Below are positions 37,175-44,717 of a stretch of DNA of 64,000 nt, in pieces. The notes below the pieces were generated by a model that was not told the DNA's origin, ran no database searches, and saw only the letters and a program-made list of their open reading frames with translations. The translations under genes and the position numbers were made by a program. This DNA is from Bacilli bacterium (GTDB taxonomy: Bacteria; Bacillota_I; Bacilli_A; RFN20; CAG-826): contig JBAZCS010000001.1 in assembly GCA_041654855.1 (NCBI GenBank), positions 985-64,984 on the forward strand. Reading direction: 5' to 3'. How positions within the stretch are numbered: position 1 is the stretch's first letter; each line of letters starts with the position of its first letter.

Positions 37175-39394
37175 ATGGCAATTTTAGAAGTAAAACGTTT
37201 AAAGATTTCCTTCCGGACAAATAACGGTGCCGTTAAAGCTGTCCGCGACATCTCTTTTAAACTTGATAAAGGCAAAACCTTAGCAATTGTTGGTGAATCA
37301 GGTTCTGGTAAATCTGTCACCTCAAAAGCAATTCTAGGTATTTCCGCCGGAAACGTCATTATTGAAAGTGGCGAAATTATTTATGACGGTAAAGATTTAT
37401 TACGCTCGAGCGAACAAGACATGTATCATGTCCGGGGCGATAAAATTGGCATGATTTTCCAAGATCCTTTATCTTCTTTAAACCCGATTGTACGTATTGG
37501 TTACCAAATTACGGAAGCGATGCTTCTTAAAAACAAAGCAATTCGCAAAGAAGCGAAAAAAGACTTAAAAGCAATGCTTAACAATCTAAAGATTGCGATG
37601 TATGAAGCAAAAGCTGAAAGTTCACATGATAAAGCAGTTATTGACCAATTACTTGCTGATTTCAACGGCGCAAACTTAAAAGCGAGCATGCTTGAAAATT
37701 CCTTTAATGAATCTTTAGGTTTTGCCGGTGATATATCCTCGGCCATTAAAGACTTACTTATTAAGCTTAAACACCGTTATCTTGGTGATCCGTCTTCGCA
37801 AATTAAGATGATGCTTCGTAAACAAAAACGCATTAAAGATAGTTATTTTGTCTACGGAATTGAGCAAGAACTTAAAACAGTTGAAGAAACGTTAAGAGAA
37901 ATTCTTGCTACCTATAAGGGATGGAAAGCTTTAAAAACGGAAGAAAAACAAAGTCGTATTCCGGCAATTATTGAAAACTTTACGAAAGTTGAAACGATTG
38001 TCGATACGATTATCGACCGGGAAGAAATTGATTTTTTCCACTTAGGATTCTATGTTAATAAAAATGATAAAGCAGATTTAAGTTCCCTTCCGTTTAAGGA
38101 AATCAACACAAAAACAAAGCAATTTATCGATGAAACATTTATTCCAACCTTTACCACCTATAACCGCGCAGCGCTTGAGCATAGTGTTTATAAAACATTA
38201 GAATTTAAACGTGAAGTCGTCACCTTAGTCGAGGCCTTTAAAAAGGCACTTCAAGAAGAAGAACTTGACAAAAAAGTATTTAAAGCGCGTATAAAGGCAC
38301 TAAAACCAGTTGTTGAAGCATCGATTGATCCTTTAAAAACGCAAAAAGATAACGCGGCTTATATTTTAATTAATTCGCTCATGGGCGATTTAAATAAATA
38401 CTTCCAAGCAAAGAAAAGTAACGTTAAGGAAGAAAGACGTTTTGCCCGCCAAAGCGCACGTTACGCACGCCTTGAAAGTCGCGGCAAAAAACTTGATTAT
38501 CAAGTTATTCCAAAAAAACTTATTGCCTTAGAAGATATTATTGGTGATATGATTTCTTCGTGTGACGCTGTTATTGAAAAATATAACTCTTCCATCCGGA
38601 AGTTTGGCGATCACAACTACCAAAAATGGGAAAAAGTTGCGTTCTTGCTCGTTGATTATTTAAAAGAAAAAGCAAAAGATTCCGTCTTTAAATTATCAAA
38701 AACAGCAGCGAAAGAAAAAGCAATTAAGCTCATGGAAGAAGTTTCCATCCCTAACGCTCGGGAACGGTTTAGACAATACCCCTTTGAATTTTCCGGTGGT
38801 ATGAGGCAACGGATAGTTATTGCCATTGCCTTAAGCGCTGAACCGGAAATATTAATTTGTGACGAACCAACGACCGCGTTAGACGTTACAATTCAAGCGC
38901 AAATCTTAGGTCTTATTAACGACCTTAAAAAACGTCGTAACCTTTCCATTATCTTTATTACTCACGACTTAGGTGTCGTTGCTAATATGGCGGATGAAAT
39001 CGCGGTTATGTATGCGGGTAAGATTGTTGAATACGGATCAACTAATGATATATTCTACTCGCCAGCTCACCCGTATACTTGGGCTTTACTCTCTTCGATG
39101 CCCGACTTACAAACGAAAGAAAAACTGGAAACAATTCCGGGTACCCCTCCGAATATGATTTACCCACCGAAAGGTGATGCGTTTGCCGCGCGTAATAAAT
39201 ACGCTTTAAAAATCGACTTCGAGGAAGAACCACCAATGTTTAAAATCTCTGATACGCATTATGCGGCAACTTGGCTTTTAGACCCGCGGGCGCCCAAAGT
39301 TGATATGCCGACCGTTATCCAAGAACGGATTAAACGGATGAAAGCGGCGAAATACCCAAAGAAAGGACCGGACACAAATGAAAAATCAAAATAA
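37175..39394 (+). CDS. oppD: Oligopeptide ABC transporter ATP-binding protein OppD with a ~400-aa insertion in the NBD.
   Basis: Walker A GESGSGKS. Q-loop MIFQDP near aa 93. Signature FSGGMRQR only near aa 540. Walker B ILICDEPTTALD. C-terminal oligopeptide-ABC extension. Confidence 0.85.
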   Translation: MAILEVKRLKISFRTNNGAVKAVRDISFKLDKGKTLAIVGESGSGKSVTSKAILGISAGNVIIESGEIIYDGKDLLRSSEQDMYHVRGDKIGMIFQDPLSSLNPIVRIGYQITEAMLLKNKAIRKEAKKDLKAMLNNLKIAMYEAKAESSHDKAVIDQLLADFNGANLKASMLENSFNESLGFAGDISSAIKDLLIKLKHRYLGDPSSQIKMMLRKQKRIKDSYFVYGIEQELKTVEETLREILATYKGWKALKTEEKQSRIPAIIENFTKVETIVDTIIDREEIDFFHLGFYVNKNDKADLSSLPFKEINTKTKQFIDETFIPTFTTYNRAALEHSVYKTLEFKREVVTLVEAFKKALQEEELDKKVFKARIKALKPVVEASIDPLKTQKDNAAYILINSLMGDLNKYFQAKKSNVKEERRFARQSARYARLESRGKKLDYQVIPKKLIALEDIIGDMISSCDAVIEKYNSSIRKFGDHNYQKWEKVAFLLVDYLKEKAKDSVFKLSKTAAKEKAIKLMEEVSIPNARERFRQYPFEFSGGMRQRIVIAIALSAEPEILICDEPTTALDVTIQAQILGLINDLKKRRNLSIIFITHDLGVVANMADEIAVMYAGKIVEYGSTNDIFYSPAHPYTWALLSSMPDLQTKEKLETIPGTPPNMIYPPKGDAFAARNKYALKIDFEEEPPMFKISDTHYAATWLLDPRAPKVDMPTVIQERIKRMKAAKYPKKGPDTNEKSK

Positions 39395-40625
39395 AGAAGT
39401 ACTTTTATCGGTTCAAAATCTTTGCCAATACTTTAAAATGAATCGGCGCGACTTTAAGGCTGTTGACGGTATATCCTTTGATATTTATAAAGGTGAAGTC
39501 TTTGGCTTAGTCGGGGAATCAGGATGTGGTAAAACAACGACCGGTCGCTCGATTATTAAAATTTATGATATTACGTCAGGTGATATTTATTTTAAAGGCG
39601 TACGCATTGCCGCTGGTATTCGTTCCTATCAAGATGAAATAAAAAAGATTAGAAGTGAATTGCGTAAAAAAGCGCGACTCGCTTTAAAAGGGAGTGAAGA
39701 CGAAAAAGCGGCCTTTGCTGAATTTAAAAAAGAAAGTCAAGCACGGATTGATGAATTAAAACTTGAAATCGTTAAAGCGCGGCATGACCAAAAAAATTGC
39801 GATAAAGATTACGCTAAATTAGCAGTTAAAGAAACGCAAGAAAAATATGAAAAGCTTCTAGCTGAAGAACAAGATCTTGCGAAAAAAGAAGCACTTCAAA
39901 AAGACTATAAACGAGATCTTGCCATTGCCAAAAAGGCCCGTATTGTCACTTCCATTCAAATGATTTTCCAAGATCCAATTGGTTCTTTAAACCCAAGGAT
40001 GACTGTTAAAGAAATTATTCAAGAAGGACTTATTATTAAAGGTATTAAAGATAAAGCCTATTTAAAAGCCAAAGTTGAAGAAACACTTGAACTTGTTGGT
40101 TTAGTTAAAGAGCACGCGACTCGTTACCCCCACGAATTTAGTGGTGGCCAACGGCAAAGAATTGGTATTGCGCGAAGCATTATCATGGAACCAGAAATGA
40201 TCATTGCTGACGAGCCAGTAAGTGCGCTTGACGTTTCTATTCAAGCTCAAGTTATTAACTTACTTAACTCCCTTCGTAAAAAACTTGGTTTAACCATTAT
40301 GTTTGTCGCTCATGACTTATCGGTCGTAAAATATTTCTCCGACCGTATCGGTGTCATGTATAGCGGCAAACTCGTTGAATTAACAACAAGTGAAGAATTA
40401 TTCGCTAATCCTTTACACCCATATACAAAATCACTTTTAAGTGCAATTCCTCTTCCTGACCCAGAGTATGAAAAACATCGGGTAATCATTAACTATAATC
40501 CGTTCATTGATCACGATTACTCAACCGATTTACCATCAATGCGGGAAATCCGTCCTGGTCACTTTGTCTATTGTAACGACCAAGAAGAAGCGGAATATAA
40601 GAAGCAATTTAGTAAAAATGAATAA
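39378..40625 (+). CDS. oppF: Oligopeptide ABC transporter ATP-binding protein OppF with a ~100-aa coiled-coil insertion.
   Basis: Walker A GESGCGKTT, then a K/E/A-rich insertion before the Q-loop IQMIFQDP. Signature FSGGQRQR. Walker B MIIADEPVSALD. Confidence 0.85.
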   Translation: MKNQNKEVLLSVQNLCQYFKMNRRDFKAVDGISFDIYKGEVFGLVGESGCGKTTTGRSIIKIYDITSGDIYFKGVRIAAGIRSYQDEIKKIRSELRKKARLALKGSEDEKAAFAEFKKESQARIDELKLEIVKARHDQKNCDKDYAKLAVKETQEKYEKLLAEEQDLAKKEALQKDYKRDLAIAKKARIVTSIQMIFQDPIGSLNPRMTVKEIIQEGLIIKGIKDKAYLKAKVEETLELVGLVKEHATRYPHEFSGGQRQRIGIARSIIMEPEMIIADEPVSALDVSIQAQVINLLNSLRKKLGLTIMFVAHDLSVVKYFSDRIGVMYSGKLVELTTSEELFANPLHPYTKSLLSAIPLPDPEYEKHRVIINYNPFIDHDYSTDLPSMREIRPGHFVYCNDQEEAEYKKQFSKNE

Positions 40626-41013
40626 AACAGTAGCGGCGATTTTAAAGTATGTCGTAGGTTTTCTTATTGCAGCCGGCATCTTTTTCCTTGCTATTGGCAT
40701 GCGCAATATTTATACGGAAACTGACATCCGGCAAATTTATCGCTTTTTAGCGGATGGATTTTCAATTCCTGGAATGCTATATTTAGGTTTAGGCTTTCTT
40801 ATTTGGTTTGCTAACTTAGGCACTTTCCACGGTATTGGTTATAGTTTACGCCATCTTTTTATGATGTTACTCCCTTTTGTGCGGAAAAAACATCAAACAT
40901 ACGCTGATTATGTTGAAGCGCAAAAAACAGTCAGTGGATACGCCTTTTTATTTATTATCGGCGGTGTATTCTTCGCTACTGGTATTGTATTTACAATTTT
41001 ATTCTTTGTTTAA
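40618..41013 (+). CDS. Small membrane protein (DUF3899-like), 131 aa.
   Basis: ATG overlaps the oppF stop (AATGAATAA). Two or three TM segments. Family assignment is tentative. Confidence 0.45.
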   Translation: MNKTVAAILKYVVGFLIAAGIFFLAIGMRNIYTETDIRQIYRFLADGFSIPGMLYLGLGFLIWFANLGTFHGIGYSLRHLFMMLLPFVRKKHQTYADYVEAQKTVSGYAFLFIIGGVFFATGIVFTILFFV

Positions 41014-41023
41014 AATATAAAAA

Positions 41024-41064
41024 AAGCACTTCCTACTTTTTGTAGTATAAGAAGTGCTTTTTAA
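41024..41064. terminator. Bidirectional rho-independent terminator.
   Basis: AAGCACTTC...GAAGTGCTT long hairpin with A-run and T-run flanks. Sits between the DUF3899-like gene (+) and the PgpA-like gene (-). Confidence 0.55.
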
Positions 41065-41078
41065 TATGTAAAAATTAA

Positions 41079-41615
41079 TTAAAAGTTTTCTGGTTTGCTA
41101 TCAACGTCGGCGTATTTATGAGCGATTGAACTTGCCGCGGCGGCGGCAATTGCGCCAACGATATCATCTAAGAACGTATTGCAAGTTAATTTACCTTCGA
41201 CCTTTTTATCTAGTTCACCAATGATACCTGGTTTTGTTTTATCGACAAAGCCAAAGTTGGTCGAGCCAATTGAGCCATATACATTAACGATCGATAAGGC
41301 TAAGATTTCATCAATGCCGTAGAGGCCATAGTCACTTAAAATAATCGTTGATAACGGTTCGCTAAGTTTTCCTTGTTCGGCTAAAATATCGAGTTCTAAA
41401 CCTGTTAAAATAGCGTTTTGCACTTCCCTTTTCATGAGTACTCTTTTAACGTGATCTAAACATATATCAAGTTTTAAAAATGGTAAATATTTTGTTTGTA
41501 AGCCTAAAGTGATTTCAGCGATGTCTTTTTCGGTTACGCCCCGAGCAGCGAGTCTTTCAACTATAACTACGTATTTCTTTTCGTCATTAAGACGGTTTTT
41601 GTCTGCATTATGCAT
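41079..41615 (-). CDS. Phosphatidylglycerophosphatase A-family protein (YutG-like).
   Basis: 178 aa. GLYGIDEILALSIVNVYGSIG...FLDDIVGAIAAAAASS resembles Bacillus YutG/PgpA-family proteins, recalled from memory. Confidence 0.45.
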   Translation of the reverse strand: MHNADKNRLNDEKKYVVIVERLAARGVTEKDIAEITLGLQTKYLPFLKLDICLDHVKRVLMKREVQNAILTGLELDILAEQGKLSEPLSTIILSDYGLYGIDEILALSIVNVYGSIGSTNFGFVDKTKPGIIGELDKKVEGKLTCNTFLDDIVGAIAAAAASSIAHKYADVDSKPENF

Positions 41616-41749
41616 AAATAAATTCCTCTCTTTCTTTTATTATAAGGTGAATTAAGATTTTAATAAAATATATAAGGTACTTAATTAGAGTTAAGAATAT
41701 CATAAATTTACAAATAGGTAAATGAAAATGATATAAATATCCCTATTTT

Positions 41750-43480
41750 TTAACTTGTTTGTCGCGATGGGAAATTATTTAAGTTTGTCGCCCTTACCCC
41801 CACCGAATTTCCTAGGGTGTTATCAATATAAAAAGTTGAAGGATCAGTGAAGTAATAAACATAACCATTATTATTTGGATAGTCGAGCATATTGTAATAT
41901 GCGCTGCCAGCATACGTACCATCAAACTTTAAAATCGTCCGTTTGGGAACGTAGGTTTCATCCATTAAGTCTTCAAAATTACCGTTAGACATGCGGTAAG
42001 TGTAGTCGACGGCATCAATAAGACCGGCGTCTTCACCACCACTTTCATTAGTGCCGGAAAGCGTTAAATAGAAGAAGCTCGCACTCGTCGCCGCATATTG
42101 ACTTGAGGCGGCCACTAAAAATTCATAACCCGCACTAACCATTGTTTGTGGAATACGGAAGTCAAAATAAACACCAGTCCGGTTACCGACCGCAGCTTTA
42201 CTAATAGAAAAGCGCACTTCATTAAGATTCGTAATTGTTGTCCCATTACGTTTGAATTGATAAACAGAGATTGATTCATTATCGGCACCTTGGTTAAAAC
42301 GGAAGAAGGAAAGGCCACTCGTACCACCTTTTTTCGGCTTAAACCAAATTGAGTTACGGGGAGCGGTCATATTTGTGCCCGCTTCACTTGGGAGCGTTAC
42401 ACTATTACTCCATGTATTATTCGTGTTTCTTGTCGGCGGGTAAGTTGAAGCTAAAAGCACAGTCCTTGCAGTCCCGAGACTTCGCACTTGTTGATAACGC
42501 GCCCAAAACTCTTCATGGACTAAGGAAGCGTGATTAGCGTCAGTAATCGTTGTAATATTACTAGTCGTCGTTGTAATAACTTGGTTTTGGTTTTCCGCGA
42601 CTTCGACTAATGGATTATATTTAACAAAACTTGAGTTACTTGCATTAACAGAAGAAGTTTGGGTCGTTAAGCTACCCACGTAATAAGCACTGCCAATAAT
42701 GGAATTAGGGACGGCGACGGTGCTTGGGTAGTTGACGTTCGTAAATAAGTGACCGGGATAGTTTGGGTCGACAAGTAAATTACCGGCTACTCCTTGGTCA
42801 GGATTATCGGACCATGTAATATAAGGACCTAGCTTACCAATTAATGAATAATCGCTCGTTACTCGAATGGCACTTGGGCCTAAGGAAATCTTTGCATTTT
42901 TAACCCCAATTCCCTTTAATGTTCCGTTAGCGTATCCCGCAACAAGCCCGACATAGCTATTGTTAACTTTGTTTGAAACTTCAAGGTTTTCAAGATAAAA
43001 GTTTTGCGCCAAGCCGATAATTGGTGGTTCATCTTCAGTTGAACCTAAATTACCAAAAAAGCCGATTGAATTACCAACATCTACAATTTCAAAGTGGCTT
43101 GGTTTTTCTTTCCAATCAAGGGGATCACTCGATACCCATAAGTTTTTAAGCGTATAGCCATTACCGTCAAAACTACCAAGAAATGGGGCTTCGTCAGTGC
43201 CAATTGGGGGAATAGCACCGCTATGAATGTCTAGAAAGCCCGTTAATGAGCCTTTCATATCAATATCATTGCCAAGTTCAAAATATGTTTTTTCTGGACA
43301 GGCGCCGCTATTTTGCAGCCAGGAGAAGTTATATAGATGTTTTGGGGTGCGAATAATGTAGGGATCAGCTTCTGTTCCGGTTCCGCTTGCGTAATAGTTA
43401 CTAATTGAACTACCGGTCATTTTTGTGTTAAATTGCAAAACAGTCGTAAACCATGCCATTGTTGTCGTTACTAATGACAA
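41750..43480 (-). CDS. Large secreted/surface protein with a TasA/TapA-like SipW-cognate N-terminal motif (TTMAWFTT). The 5' end is out of frame with its coupled ATG.
   Basis: 576-aa ORF rich in N/T/S/G. MAWFTT parallels TWAAFND of TasA and SAAFHD of TapA. The ORF-track start is a TTG with no RBS. An AGGAG-coupled ATG at 43536-43534 is in another frame (see findings). Confidence 0.55.
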   Translation of the reverse strand: MSLVTTTMAWFTTVLQFNTKMTGSSISNYYASGTGTEADPYIIRTPKHLYNFSWLQNSGACPEKTYFELGNDIDMKGSLTGFLDIHSGAIPPIGTDEAPFLGSFDGNGYTLKNLWVSSDPLDWKEKPSHFEIVDVGNSIGFFGNLGSTEDEPPIIGLAQNFYLENLEVSNKVNNSYVGLVAGYANGTLKGIGVKNAKISLGPSAIRVTSDYSLIGKLGPYITWSDNPDQGVAGNLLVDPNYPGHLFTNVNYPSTVAVPNSIIGSAYYVGSLTTQTSSVNASNSSFVKYNPLVEVAENQNQVITTTTSNITTITDANHASLVHEEFWARYQQVRSLGTARTVLLASTYPPTRNTNNTWSNSVTLPSEAGTNMTAPRNSIWFKPKKGGTSGLSFFRFNQGADNESISVYQFKRNGTTITNLNEVRFSISKAAVGNRTGVYFDFRIPQTMVSAGYEFLVAASSQYAATSASFFYLTLSGTNESGGEDAGLIDAVDYTYRMSNGNFEDLMDETYVPKRTILKFDGTYAGSAYYNMLDYPNNNGYVYYFTDPSTFYIDNTLGNSVGVRATNLNNFPSRQTS

Positions 43481-43537
43481 AAAGGCAAGGGATGTTAGAA
43501 AGCCAAAATATACATTTGTCGTTTTCTTTTTTGCATT

Positions 43538-44257
43538 TTACACTCCTACGTAATACGTAATGTGATCAGCGTACATTACTTCCTTAATTGAATCAGCGCG
43601 AATATCATTTATATAATTCATGACGGGAACGTTATATTCAATAACAAACCACAATTCATTATCACTGTTTGATAAAGTAGTAAGCGGGATTCGTGTTTGT
43701 TTTACAGGATTAGGATTTAAACTAACAAACGAAGTAGTGTTCGCTTTGTTATAAGTTAAAGTGGCGGTTGACCAACCATTTGGTAACGATACAGGGTTAG
43801 CGCTTGTTAATTGAAAAACATTAGATGTAACATTTTCATCATACTCGCCGGCGCCGCTATGTCCGGTATGAAAAGCACCAGCGTTTGTTTTTGCATATAA
43901 GTAAACAGTACTCGTTTCGGTATATGTGAAGGTAATATGCACAACTAAGGCGCGCCGATATTGCGTATATTCAATATCTTGGGGATCAAAACGCGGCATA
44001 CGGACCGCCGGACTATTTTCAAAAGTATAACTATTTGTTGTTGACCCTTCATTAACGACCGTAACGGGGTAAACATTATAGGAATGAATTTGAAAGCCAG
44101 GAGCGGCAATTTCAATTTGGCGGGCAATAATTTGTGCGCGATTATTATTCGTAAACCACGCAAAAGTGGTAATTGTAAAAGAAGAGATCAAACCGATGAG
44201 AATAACGAAATTCAAAATAATAAGCGAAATTTTACGATTAAGAATTTTGTTTTTCAA
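43538..44257 (-). CDS. Secreted protein with a SipW-cognate-like signal peptide (TTFAWFTNNN), TasA/camelysin-like size.
   Basis: 239 aa. TTG start with an AGGAAAGGAAG RBS. N-region KNKILNRK, h-region ISLIILNFVILIGLISSF, then the T-x-A-W-F-T motif. Confidence 0.55.
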   Translation of the reverse strand: MKNKILNRKISLIILNFVILIGLISSFTITTFAWFTNNNRAQIIARQIEIAAPGFQIHSYNVYPVTVVNEGSTTNSYTFENSPAVRMPRFDPQDIEYTQYRRALVVHITFTYTETSTVYLYAKTNAGAFHTGHSGAGEYDENVTSNVFQLTSANPVSLPNGWSTATLTYNKANTTSFVSLNPNPVKQTRIPLTTLSNSDNELWFVIEYNVPVMNYINDIRADSIKEVMYADHITYYVGV

Positions 44258-44477
44258 TGTATTTACTTCCTTTCCTAGAGTGACACTTAGCGGCTAAAAA
44301 AAGAGCCACCACCATTATTTTGGCAGCTGGCTATCTTATCTTTTATAAGACCCTATAGTTTTGCGTCGCTAGATTACTCTAGGTTTGCCTTTACCTTATT
44401 TTTATAAATAATAAATAATTTTTGTCAATATTGAATGCTTTTTTAATGAATTTAGTTAGAAATCAGCGAAAAAGATA

Positions 44478-44510
44478 TAAAAAAAGGCTCCTACTTTCGT
44501 AAGAGACCGA
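44478..44510 (-). terminator. Rho-independent terminator downstream of tRNA-Gly (minus strand).
   Basis: Minus-strand hairpin CTCTTAC-GAAA-GTAGGAG (one G-U pair), then CC and TTTTTTT. Confidence 0.45.
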
Positions 44511-44520
44511 TAAATGCCAA

Positions 44521-44594
44521 TGGAGCAGGTGACGGGAATCGAACCCGCGTATCTACCTTGGCAAGGTAGTGTTCTACCATTGAACTACACCTGC
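44521..44594 (-). tRNA. tRNA-Gly (anticodon GCC), CCA encoded.
   Basis: Reverse complement: GCAGGTG acceptor. GTTC/GAAC D-stem. Anticodon stem CTACC/GGTAG with loop TTGCCAA. T-arm GCGGG-TTCGATT-CCCGT. Discriminator T then CCA. Confidence 0.85.
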
Positions 44595-44717
44595 GTGCTG
44601 CCAATTATAATAACACTACTTTTATATAATTGCAATAAATGTTCTTTTATTTTCTATTTTTTCTGTTTAAAACGTAGTTTTATGGTATATTTAATATTGA
44701 TTAGTGAGGTATTTATC

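Noticed and set aside
44514-44717. ORF-track start of the 623-aa ORF overlapping tRNA-Gly.
   Set aside because: This is an artefact of an open reading frame running upstream of the real start. The RBS-supported ATG is at 44718. The region upstream is the tRNA gene and its promoter.
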